A stretch of 63,684 bases of DNA, the filler included. It is 5 parts of 5 records of this genome, joined end to end, with 100 filler letters (N's around TTAATTAATTAA, not from the genome) between each part and the next. Parts side by side here need not be neighbours in the genome. Positions count along the whole stretch, not along the records: positions 37,686 to 50,410 come from SRR31156797_12952; positions 50,511 to 57,130 come from SRR31156797_12977; positions 57,231 to 63,684 come from SRR31156797_13044; 2 more parts are not named here. One strand, 5' to 3'. The notes beneath the pieces are model-generated. The model had not been told where the DNA came from. It did no database searches and saw only the letters and a program-made list of their open reading frames with translations. Numbering within the stretch: the first letter of the stretch is position 1; each line of letters begins with the position of its first letter. Of this stretch, positions 49,300 to 57,878 are shown piece by piece. Made by a program: the position numbers and the translations under genes.

Positions 49300-50357
49300 G
49301 CATACTGAATCGCGAACAGATATTTACGGCCATTGCCGACAACCAGACTTTGCGGGACATTGACCTTTCCGGGGCCGATCTTTCCGGAGCGGATCTGACT
49401 GGAGGTCGTTTCCATAATGTGAAGTTACATGGGGTCGACCTTTCCGGGGCTAATATCCTCAAAACAGGGTTCAAGAATTGTGAATTTAACGAGGCTCGTT
49501 TTGATGGAACTGACCTGACTAAGGTTAATCTGCAAGGGATGAGCTTTGCCGGGGCTTCTTTCAAGGAAGCAAAAATTCATATGGCAACGCTTCAGAAAAC
49601 AGATTTCAGCGGGGCCGACCTGACCGGGGCGGAACTCACATGGTCCATGGCTCAGCATTCCAGCTTCAAGGGTGCGAACATGCGTTCCATGAAGATCGTC
49701 AAGACTGTGCTTTCTCATTCTAACTTGGACGGGGCCGACTTCTTCGGGGCTAATTTGGATCGGGTGGTCTGTAACGGTTCTTCCTTCAAAGGAACCAAGT
49801 TTAAGGGCGGGACCTATTTCAAGATGATGATGCGTGAGGCCGACTTGGAGAATCAGGATATTTCCGGGCAGCTTTTTTCGCAGGTTCTGTTGGACAGTGC
49901 TAACCTGCGTGGGGCCAATCTTGCCGGAGCTGACATGACCATGTCCAATTTTATGGGTGCGGATTTGAGCGGAGCCAACCTCTCAGGTGCTGTCTTGCGT
50001 AGTTGTATGCTCAGCGGGGCTGTCCTGCGCGAAGCTGATTTCAGCCGTGCCGATCTGACCAAGGCTTACTTAGGCGGGGCGGATGCAACCATTGCTGACT
50101 TTTCCGGGGCGACCATGGTTCATGCAATTTTCAACAAAGCTATCTGTCAGGCCACAAAGTTTGTCGGAGCCAGTTTGCAGCATTCTGATTTTTCGCATGC
50201 TGACCTCACTCATGCTGATTTCAGCAGGGCTTCCATGTATCGGGCTAAGCTGCATCGTATAATCGAGAAGGATACTCGTTGGGATGGAGCGTCACTGATT
50301 ATGCTGCAAGGCACGGACAAAGATATGGAGGAGGCCGAAAACTGGGTGCATAGTTAA
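49296..50357 (+). CDS. Pentapeptide repeat protein (TagB-like)
   Basis: Continuous DLSGA/DFSGA/NLSGA repeats; ATGA overlap with the upstream gene. Confidence 0.9.
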   Translation: MSILNREQIFTAIADNQTLRDIDLSGADLSGADLTGGRFHNVKLHGVDLSGANILKTGFKNCEFNEARFDGTDLTKVNLQGMSFAGASFKEAKIHMATLQKTDFSGADLTGAELTWSMAQHSSFKGANMRSMKIVKTVLSHSNLDGADFFGANLDRVVCNGSSFKGTKFKGGTYFKMMMREADLENQDISGQLFSQVLLDSANLRGANLAGADMTMSNFMGADLSGANLSGAVLRSCMLSGAVLREADFSRADLTKAYLGGADATIADFSGATMVHAIFNKAICQATKFVGASLQHSDFSHADLTHADFSRASMYRAKLHRIIEKDTRWDGASLIMLQGTDKDMEEAENWVHS

Positions 50358-50358
50358 A

Positions 50359-50410
50359 AATGCCTTCGGCGACCCTGCCGGGGGGCCTTAAACCCTTTTG
50401 GAAAAGGGTT
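50359..50410. repeat. Probable REP-like palindromic intergenic repeat (truncated at segment end)
   Basis: AATGCCTTCGGCGACCCTGCCGGGGGCCTTAAACCCTTTTGGAAAAGGGTT with perfect hairpin AACCCTTTT-gg-AAAAGGGTT; recalled as a Desulfovibrionaceae-type repeat (not verified). Confidence 0.55.
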
Positions 50411-50510
50411 NNNNNNNNNNNNNNNNNNNNNNNNNNNNNNNNNNNNNNNNNNNNTTAATTAATTAANNNNNNNNNNNNNNNNNNNNNNNNNNNNNNNNNN
50501 NNNNNNNNNN
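50411..50510. other. Artificial contig linker
   Basis: N runs around TTAATTAATTAA. Confidence 0.98.
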
Positions 50511-52598
50511 AACTCCTTGGATTTCAACCAGTATCGGGGTTTGGTTGCCGAAAGAATCGAAGACCTGACCGGCCGAAAACTGACAATCGAAGGAGATTTG
50601 AACCTCAATATTTCCTTGAATCCCAGTCTTCGCCTTGAAGCCGTTTCATTGGCCAACGCGGATTGGGGGTCGCAGCCCGAAATGTTGCGGATATCCCGGC
50701 TTGATGCCGCCGTCGACCTGCTTCCGTTGCTGACCGGCGAGGCTCGGATTTCGCACATCCGGATTTCGGGGTTCGATCTGTTTGTCGAGACGGATGCCGA
50801 TGGCCGGGGAAACTGGCTGTTCGAAACCGCCGCCGTGCCGAAAGACGAAAGCCCCGAAAGCCCGGAAACCGCTAAATCGCCGTTTGTCCCGATCTTCGAG
50901 GAAATCGTGCTCGAAGACATGAATGTTGCATTCCTGAACGGAAAAAACGGCAACTCCTACGGAACGAAAATCCAGTCGTTGACCGCGCGGCAGGCCAGAC
51001 GGGGATTGCCGATCGATTTGGCAGGCAATGGCACTATCGGCGGCTCGCCTTACGAATTGACGGGAATTGTCGGGCCGATTGCGGCGTTGGTCGAAGGCAA
51101 GGACTATCCCATCGATTTGAAACTGTCCGCCTTCGACAGCGAAGTCGGTATCGATGGAATCCTGGCAAATGGAACGGTGGACCGAGGACTGGTCTTTGGC
51201 CTGTGGATGAAATCAGCCGATCTCGGAAAATCCGTTGATTTGGCCTCGGTGGCTATCCCGGACCTGGAAGGGACAAAGGCCCCGAATGTTCCGTTTGCTG
51301 CCTCGGCATCGCTGGGGCGAACCGAAGGACGCCTCGAACTGATCAATCTTAAAGCCAATTTGGGTGACAGCGATATTTCAGGAAAAGGTGTCGTCAATCT
51401 GGCTGAAGATCGACCGAAATTGAATGCGGAAATTGCTTCCAAACGATTGGATTTCGCAAAGCTATTTCCGGCAATGCCTGCCGAAAAGCCAGGGAACCAA
51501 CAAACGAAATCCGGCGGCGTCGACAATGTTGAAAAACCCGCCAGGATTTTCCCCGCCGATCCGCTGCCATTGGGTGGCTTGCGGGCCATCGATGCCGAAA
51601 TCGCCCTGAGGATCGAGTCGATCCGGCTTCCAAACGGCATCGGCATCGAGAAGGCTGTTATCAAGGCGGATCTGGAACGCGGCCGTTTGACTTTGGCGCC
51701 TATTCAGGCGGAAGTCGGTGGTGGGCGCATAGACGGCCGGATCGAACTGGATGGGCTGACCGATACGGCCAGTCTGTTGGTTTCCGCGACCGGCAAACAG
51801 GTCGGGGTCGGACAACTGCTCGGACAACTCGAACTGAGCGGCATTGTCGAAGGCGGTGCCGCCGATCTGAAGTTGGAGGCGAAAGGAAAGGGCGCCTCCG
51901 TTCGCGACGTCATGGCCGGATTGACCGGCGGAATAACGCTCGAAGTCGGCGAGGGACGCATCCACAATTCGGCGCTCGACATTGCCGGTGCCGATGTGTT
52001 CATGCAGCTGCTGGGGGCGTTGAACCCGGCTTCAACGAAGGAGGATTTTTCGATCCTGTCGTGTGCCGTCATCAAATTCGGCATCGTGGACGGACTGGCC
52101 AAGGCCAATAAGGGCATCGCGCTGGAAACCGACAAGGTCAATGTGATCGGCGACGGTGTTGTCGATCTTAAAACCGAGAAGATCGACTTTGCCGTGAAAC
52201 CCGAAACGCGCGAAGGAACCGGCCTGAATCTTGGTGGAGTTGCCGCCGGACTGGTGCGCGTCAGGGGAACCTTGGCCGAACCCGCCATCGGCATCGACGA
52301 AATCGGCGCCGCCAAAACGGCGGCGTCCGTCGGCGCGGCGTTGGCCACCGGCGGGTTGTCGTTGCTGGGAGAGGCGCTGATGTCGCGCACGACCCAGGAC
52401 CGTCATCCTTGTTTGACCGCGCTCGGTAAAACACCGCCCAACGAAACACCTCAAAAATCGAAAACCGCAACGGAACAAGCCCCTGCATCCCAGGCAAAAA
52501 CGCCGGGATCTCCCATCGATAAAATGGGCGAGGATGCCAAGGGTTTGTTCAAGGGCGTCGGCGATGCGTTCGGCAAACTGTTGGGCGGCAAGAAGTAG
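50511..52598 (+). CDS. AsmA family protein (5' truncated)
   Basis: DFNQYR...TGRKLTIEGD, LANADWGS, GRGNW, LGDSDISG, LSCAV...GDGVVDLKTEKID. Confidence 0.85.
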   Translation, partial: NSLDFNQYRGLVAERIEDLTGRKLTIEGDLNLNISLNPSLRLEAVSLANADWGSQPEMLRISRLDAAVDLLPLLTGEARISHIRISGFDLFVETDADGRGNWLFETAAVPKDESPESPETAKSPFVPIFEEIVLEDMNVAFLNGKNGNSYGTKIQSLTARQARRGLPIDLAGNGTIGGSPYELTGIVGPIAALVEGKDYPIDLKLSAFDSEVGIDGILANGTVDRGLVFGLWMKSADLGKSVDLASVAIPDLEGTKAPNVPFAASASLGRTEGRLELINLKANLGDSDISGKGVVNLAEDRPKLNAEIASKRLDFAKLFPAMPAEKPGNQQTKSGGVDNVEKPARIFPADPLPLGGLRAIDAEIALRIESIRLPNGIGIEKAVIKADLERGRLTLAPIQAEVGGGRIDGRIELDGLTDTASLLVSATGKQVGVGQLLGQLELSGIVEGGAADLKLEAKGKGASVRDVMAGLTGGITLEVGEGRIHNSALDIAGADVFMQLLGALNPASTKEDFSILSCAVIKFGIVDGLAKANKGIALETDKVNVIGDGVVDLKTEKIDFAVKPETREGTGLNLGGVAAGLVRVRGTLAEPAIGIDEIGAAKTAASVGAALATGGLSLLGEALMSRTTQDRHPCLTALGKTPPNETPQKSKTATEQAPASQAKTPGSPIDKMGEDAKGLFKGVGDAFGKLLGGKK

Positions 52599-52607
52599 AA
52601 CGGGCAT

Positions 52608-53351
52608 TTGACGGTGCGGCAGGCAAAACGAAACTATGAAGCGGTAACGGTCGACGAAACGCCCGGCGGTTTTTGCATTCTTTTGGACGGTCGTCCGGCG
52701 AAGACACCCGCCGGTTCCGTCCTGTCTGTTCCAACTCCTGCGCTCGGCCAGGCGATCGCCGACGAATGGGCCAGCCAGAAAGGGAAAATCGATCCGGAAT
52801 CGATGCCGCTTTTTCGACTGGCGGCCAACGCGATCGATCGCATCGGGAATGATCGCGACGACGTTGTTGAAGGAATTGTCGGATACTCCAGGTCCGATCT
52901 GCTGTGTTACCGGGCGGAGCGCCCCGATGAGTTGAGCGCACGCCAGGCGGAACTCTGGCAACCGATCCTCGATTGGGTGGCCGATACGTATGATGCCCGG
53001 TTTGCGATCACCTGCGGCGTGATCCCGGTCGAACAGGCGCCCGAAGCGATCGATCGAATTCGGGAGACGATTGAAAAGCTCGATGATTTTGCATTGGCGG
53101 CATTGGCGGCGGCGACGGCGGCCTGTGGATCGGTATTGCTGGGTCTGGCCTTGATTGCCGGCAGGATCGATCCGGACGAAGCACGAGAGGCGGCGCAACT
53201 GGATGAGTTGTTCCAAGCCGAACGCTGGGGGGAAGATCAGGAGGCGGTGGACCGTCGGCGCGCCTTATTCGCTGAGATGCAGGCGGCGAACCGGTTCAAC
53301 GCGCTTTCGAGGGGTGGCATTAAATCCGCAGCCGGGACAGAATGCGATTGA
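52608..53351 (+). CDS. ATP12-family chaperone protein
   Basis: LLDGRPAKTP, AIADEW, MPLFRLAN, DLLCYRA, LDELFQAERWGED. Confidence 0.9.
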   Translation: MTVRQAKRNYEAVTVDETPGGFCILLDGRPAKTPAGSVLSVPTPALGQAIADEWASQKGKIDPESMPLFRLAANAIDRIGNDRDDVVEGIVGYSRSDLLCYRAERPDELSARQAELWQPILDWVADTYDARFAITCGVIPVEQAPEAIDRIRETIEKLDDFALAALAAATAACGSVLLGLALIAGRIDPDEAREAAQLDELFQAERWGEDQEAVDRRRALFAEMQAANRFNALSRGGIKSAAGTECD

Positions 53352-53421
53352 AACAATACCGTTGCAACGGTACATGGCGAATGGGAGTTACGGTACTTCG
53401 CCGATAACCAGGGAGGAAAAA

Positions 53422-54204
53422 ATGGCCGCCGAGAAAATCGTTCGAGCCGCTGAACTGCTCGCAAACGCATGGACAAACCACCAACAGCTTCGCCAGTTGC
53501 CCGGTGATTGCATACCGGTCGACCGAACGGAAGCCTACGCCATGCAGGATGCGATGGCCGAACGGCTCGGCCTGACCGTGGCCGGGTGGAAATTGGGCAT
53601 GAGTGCACCGGCGACCATGCGCCAGTTCAACGTCACGGAACCCATTCCCGGGCGGATCTTTCGAGAATGTGTTCACGAGGACGGTGCCGAAGTGTCTGCC
53701 GGCGGCTTTACCGGCCCGAAGGTCGAGCCGGAATTTGCGGTTCGTTTGAAAAGCGCTCTTCCGGCCAGAAGCGCCCCCTATTCGCGCGACGATATCGTGA
53801 TGGCGACGGACGCGATCCTGTTGTGTCTGGAAATCGCCGACAACCGCCTATTCATGGATCCGCCCGATCCATTGCCGATGATTGCCGACAACGGCGGTTT
53901 CGCGGCCTATGTCGTGGGGCCGGCGGTGAAGGAATGGCAATCCGCGGATTATGTCGGTGTTGCGGTTGATTTGATTATCGATGGCGAGATCGCGGCGCCC
54001 GGTTTGACCGGCGAATTCCGCATCGACCCCATCGACGTCGTTCTTTGGACGGCGAACAATCTTTCCCGTCGCGGTCATGGATTGGCTGCCGGCGACCTGA
54101 TTTCAACGGGAAGCGCAACGGCACCGACGCCGATGACCATCGGCTCCAAGGCCATCGGCCGTTTCGAGGGGATGGGTGAGGTCAGCGTGACCTTCGTCCC
54201 GTAA
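53422..54204 (+). CDS. 2-keto-4-pentenoate hydratase-like protein (FAH superfamily)
   Basis: GGAGG RBS; AYAMQ, GWKLG, VEPEFA, LEIADNR, IADNG, GDLISTGS. Confidence 0.85.
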   Translation: MAAEKIVRAAELLANAWTNHQQLRQLPGDCIPVDRTEAYAMQDAMAERLGLTVAGWKLGMSAPATMRQFNVTEPIPGRIFRECVHEDGAEVSAGGFTGPKVEPEFAVRLKSALPARSAPYSRDDIVMATDAILLCLEIADNRLFMDPPDPLPMIADNGGFAAYVVGPAVKEWQSADYVGVAVDLIIDGEIAAPGLTGEFRIDPIDVVLWTANNLSRRGHGLAAGDLISTGSATAPTPMTIGSKAIGRFEGMGEVSVTFVP

Positions 54205-54230
54205 ATTTCCAATCCGGATTTTGCTCCAAT

Positions 54231-54261
54231 CCCGGCGGGAGGAAATCCCGCCGGGTTTTTT
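54231..54261 (+). terminator. Intrinsic terminator
   Basis: CCCGGCGGGA-ggaaa-TCCCGCCGGG followed by TTTTTT. Confidence 0.85.
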
Positions 54262-54393
54262 GTTGGAAATCAATGCGATTTCGGCGGAAAGCATTGCGTT
54301 TTCGGCATGGCAGCCAGACTCAATCATTGTTTGCACATAACTCCGAATCGCGTTACTTCCAAGGTCAACCGCGTTCAAAAAACGGAGGAAACC

Positions 54394-54747
54394 ATGGGGC
54401 CGAACTACGTCGAGATTGCAAAATCGGTTAACGACAATGCCAACAAGCTTGCCAGGGCGCATCCGGATGCGATCCTGTCGTTTTCGGATCTTGGCCGCGC
54501 CGTCTATATGGACGGCGACCTCAGCGCCAAGATGAAGGAACTGATTGCCCTTTCCATTGGGATCACGGTTCGATGCGGCGGATGCCTTGGGCATCACGCC
54601 AAAGCCTGTTTCGATCTTGGTGCCACCCGCGAAGAAGTGGTTGAAGCCATCGGTGTGGCTGTCCACATGGGAGGGGGACCGTCGCTGGTATACGGGTCGG
54701 AAGCGCTCAACGCTTTTGATCAGCATGCCGAAGCGGCGAAAAAATAA
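54394..54747 (+). CDS. Carboxymuconolactone decarboxylase/AhpD-family protein
   Basis: KELIALSI..RCGGCLGHH (CxxC...H), MGGGPS; GGAGG RBS. Confidence 0.88.
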   Translation: MGPNYVEIAKSVNDNANKLARAHPDAILSFSDLGRAVYMDGDLSAKMKELIALSIGITVRCGGCLGHHAKACFDLGATREEVVEAIGVAVHMGGGPSLVYGSEALNAFDQHAEAAKK

Positions 54748-54863
54748 ACGGCGGCCCGGCAGGGCAAATCCGAACTTTACTCTCTCTCCGGTTCGGTGGG
54801 CGTGAAATTGTCGATGCTGCCAACGGCCCGAACGCGTTGCGAAACAAAAACAAAAGGTGACGC

Positions 54864-56417
54864 ATGAGTGAGCACGAAGACAAACATAGAGATTCAGCAA
54901 CAGCGGCAAACCCAAGGGCCGGGCGCCATCCTTCGGCGCTTCGGCGCAGCGCCGGACTTGCGGCGGGTTTGCTGGTTTTTACTTTGATGTTGTCGATGGA
55001 TCCGCCGGGCGGCATGCCGGAAAAAGCCTGGACGGTGGCGACGGTCGGCGTGCTGATGGCGTTCTGGTGGGTGCTCGAAGCCATCCCGATTCCGGCCACC
55101 GCACTTGTGCCCATCGCATTTTTCCCGCTGCTGGGTGTGGCGCCGATCAAGGCGACGGCGGCGCCTTATGCGAATCCTTTGATTTTTCTGTTTCTGGGTG
55201 GGTTCATCATCGCTTTGGCGATGGAACGCTGGAACCTGCACCGGCGCATTGCGCTCAATATCCTCAAGCTTGTCGGTGCCAATCCGGCCGCTTTGGTCGG
55301 CGGGTTCATGGCGGCGACGGCCTTTCTTTCCATGTGGGTCAGTAATACGGCGACGGCGACCATGATGCTGCCTATCGGCTTATCCGTGATCGCGTTGGTG
55401 ACCGGAGGCGGTCTGCCGGGCCAAAGCGAGGGACCGGGAGAACGTTTTTCACCGGCATTGCTGTTGGGGATTGCCTATGGCGCCAGCATCGGCGGCATCG
55501 GCACGCTGATCGGCACCCCGCCGAACGCCTTGTTGGCCGGCTATTTTGGCGAAACGTATGGTATCGAGATCGGGTTTGCGGATTGGATGCTGATGGCGGT
55601 TCCGCTGGAAGTCGTCCTGCTCGTCGTTGCCTGGTTGGTATTGACGCGTATCGTGTTTCCGATCCGCGTCAAGGAACTTGTCGGTGTCGAGAAGATCATT
55701 GGCGACGAAATCGGTAAGCTCGGTCCGGTCGGACGCGGCGAAAAACTGATTGCCGCCATATTTGTCGTTACCGCTTCGCTTTGGATGCTGCGACCCCTGA
55801 TCGATGGATGGTTTCCCGGCGTCAGCGTCACCGATCCGGGGATCGCGATCATCGCCGCACTTGTCGTTTTTGTGGTACCGGTCGAGCCCAAGAACCGGGT
55901 TTTCCTTCTGGACTGGACAGCGACACAGAAATTGCCCTGGGGCGTATTGGTTCTTTTCGGTGGCGGTTTGAGCCTCGGTGCCGCGATCAACCAGACCGGT
56001 CTGTCGGAATGGATTGCGACGGCCATGGCCGGCGCTTCCGATTGGCCGACGATCGCCCTGATCTGCGGTGTCGTGGTTGCCGTCATGCTGATCAGCCATA
56101 TGACCAGCAACACGGCGACGGCGGCGGCCTTCCTGCCGCTGACCGCGGCATTGGCGGTCAGCCTGGGCGAGAACCCGTTGCTGCTGACCATTCCGATGGT
56201 CCTGGCCGCCAGTTGCGTGTTCATGATGCCGGTGGCGACGCCGCCCAATGCCATCGTTTTCGCCTCGGGCGAACTAACGGTGCCGCAAATGGCTAAGGCC
56301 GGATTCCTGATCAACGTGGTTTCGCTGATTCTCATCCTGATCGTAGCCTACTCCATTATGGAACTAGCCTTCGGGATTCAGATGGGCGTCGTGCCCGATT
56401 GGGCGAAGGCCGGGTAG
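54864..56417 (+). CDS. DASS/SLC13 family di/tricarboxylate:Na+ symporter
   Basis: LHRRIAL, SMWVSNTAT, GTLIGTPPN, TSNTATA, MPVATPPNAIVF. Confidence 0.92.
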   Translation: MSEHEDKHRDSATAANPRAGRHPSALRRSAGLAAGLLVFTLMLSMDPPGGMPEKAWTVATVGVLMAFWWVLEAIPIPATALVPIAFFPLLGVAPIKATAAPYANPLIFLFLGGFIIALAMERWNLHRRIALNILKLVGANPAALVGGFMAATAFLSMWVSNTATATMMLPIGLSVIALVTGGGLPGQSEGPGERFSPALLLGIAYGASIGGIGTLIGTPPNALLAGYFGETYGIEIGFADWMLMAVPLEVVLLVVAWLVLTRIVFPIRVKELVGVEKIIGDEIGKLGPVGRGEKLIAAIFVVTASLWMLRPLIDGWFPGVSVTDPGIAIIAALVVFVVPVEPKNRVFLLDWTATQKLPWGVLVLFGGGLSLGAAINQTGLSEWIATAMAGASDWPTIALICGVVVAVMLISHMTSNTATAAAFLPLTAALAVSLGENPLLLTIPMVLAASCVFMMPVATPPNAIVFASGELTVPQMAKAGFLINVVSLILILIVAYSIMELAFGIQMGVVPDWAKAG

Positions 56418-56585
56418 CCCGCACCCGGCCACCCCGGCTGCCGGTAAAATCGTCCGAAACCCCGTGCCTATCGCTGGAACGCGTGATCGTTCCTGCCTAT
56501 ACTGCGCTGCGTTCGCGACCCCGCCGGATAGGGAGCCCGGTGGCGCCGCGTCTGGGAAACAGGTGCAAGGGGCGGCGCGGGGCCG

Positions 56586-57130
56586 ATGGGGATTTCGAAA
56601 GATCTTTTGGACGAACTGGCCGGACGCCGCGCCGAGGCTGAGAGCGGCGGCGGTCTGGAAAAGACCGAGGCACGCCGCGCCAAGGGACTGATGACGGCGC
56701 GTGACCGCATCGATTCCCTGTTTACAGCGGGAACTTTCCAGGAATTCGGTCTGCACGCCCGCCACGACACCGATCATTTCACCATCGAGAACAAAGCCAT
56801 GGGCGGCGACGGCGTCGTCACCGGTATCGGCTATGTCGACGACCGGCCGGCCGCGGTCTTTAGCCAGGATTTCACGGTCGCCGGCGGGTCACTCGGCAAG
56901 GTCCATGCGGAAAAAATCTGCGCCATCATGGATTACGCCGAGCGTGCCGGTATTCCGGTCGTCGGCTTCAACGATTCCGGCGGTGCCCGCATCCAGGAAG
57001 GAGTCGAATCCCTTTCCGGTTATGGTCAGGTTTTCAACCGCAACGTCCGTCTATCCGGCGTCGTACCGCAGATCGCCGTGATCGCCGGCCCCTGTGCCGG
57101 CGGCGCCGCCTATTCGCCGGCCCTGATGGA
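56586..57130 (+). CDS. Acyl-CoA carboxylase beta subunit (PccB-like), 3' truncated
   Basis: MTARDRI, GDGVVTG, QDFTVAGGSLG, DSGGARIQEG, GPCAGGAAYSPAL. Confidence 0.92.
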
Positions 57131-57230
57131 NNNNNNNNNNNNNNNNNNNNNNNNNNNNNNNNNNNNNNNNNNNNTTAATTAATTAANNNNNNNNNNNNNN
57201 NNNNNNNNNNNNNNNNNNNNNNNNNNNNNN
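57131..57230. other. Artificial contig linker
   Basis: N runs around TTAATTAATTAA. Confidence 0.98.
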
Positions 57231-57231
57231 C

Positions 57232-57822
57232 GAAACCGATTTTGTAGCCAAGAATGATAATTTTGTAGCATTTGCCGACAGTATTCTTAGTGTTGCTCTT
57301 GCAAACAAAGCTGAAAATCTTGATGCTTTAAAAGCACTTGAACTTGATGGAAGAACTGTTGAAGCGCAAGTAACAGAACAGACTGGTGTAATCGGTGAGA
57401 AACTTGACCTTTCGTATTACGGAACTGTTAGCGCTGAAACCGTAGTAGGTTATATTCATCCAGGCAATAAACTGGCTACATTAGTAGGTTTTAACAAACC
57501 TGAAGTTGATGCGCAGGTAACAAAAGATGTAGCAATGCAGGTAGCTGCAATGGCTCCTGTTGCTGTAGATACCAAAGAAATTCCTCAGGAAACTATCGAT
57601 AAAGAAATTGAAATTGCCAAAGAAAAATTCCGCCAGGAAGGTAAACCAGAAGCAATGCTTGATAAAATTGCTCAAGGATCTTTAAATAAATGGTATAAAG
57701 AGGTAACTCTTTTAAACCAAACTTACGTTAAAGATGGAAAAATTTCTATTAAAGATTTCCTGAAACAAAACGACAGTGAACTTACAGTTACTGCATTTGA
57801 ACGTTTTACGTTGAATGTGTAG
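57232..57822 (+). CDS. tsf: Translation elongation factor Ts (5' truncated)
   Basis: Frame from 57232 begins ETDFVAKN; IGEKL, YIHPG, VAMQVAAMAP, GKPEAMLDKIAQG. Confidence 0.96.
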   Translation, partial: ETDFVAKNDNFVAFADSILSVALANKAENLDALKALELDGRTVEAQVTEQTGVIGEKLDLSYYGTVSAETVVGYIHPGNKLATLVGFNKPEVDAQVTKDVAMQVAAMAPVAVDTKEIPQETIDKEIEIAKEKFRQEGKPEAMLDKIAQGSLNKWYKEVTLLNQTYVKDGKISIKDFLKQNDSELTVTAFERFTLNV

Positions 57823-57843
57823 ATAATAGCTGAAGAAAATATT

Positions 57844-57878
57844 AAAAAGCTATTCGGATTTTCCGGGTAGCTTTTTTT
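57844..57878. terminator. Bidirectional intrinsic terminator
   Basis: AAAAAGCTATTCGG-atttt-CCGGGTAGCTTTTTTT between convergent tsf and oxoprolinase genes. Confidence 0.8.

Noticed and set aside
48340-50357. Repetitive DNA as a possible CRISPR array or Qnr resistance gene
   Set aside because: The repeats are coding pentapeptide units in a T6SS tag context, with no constant repeat-spacer structure.
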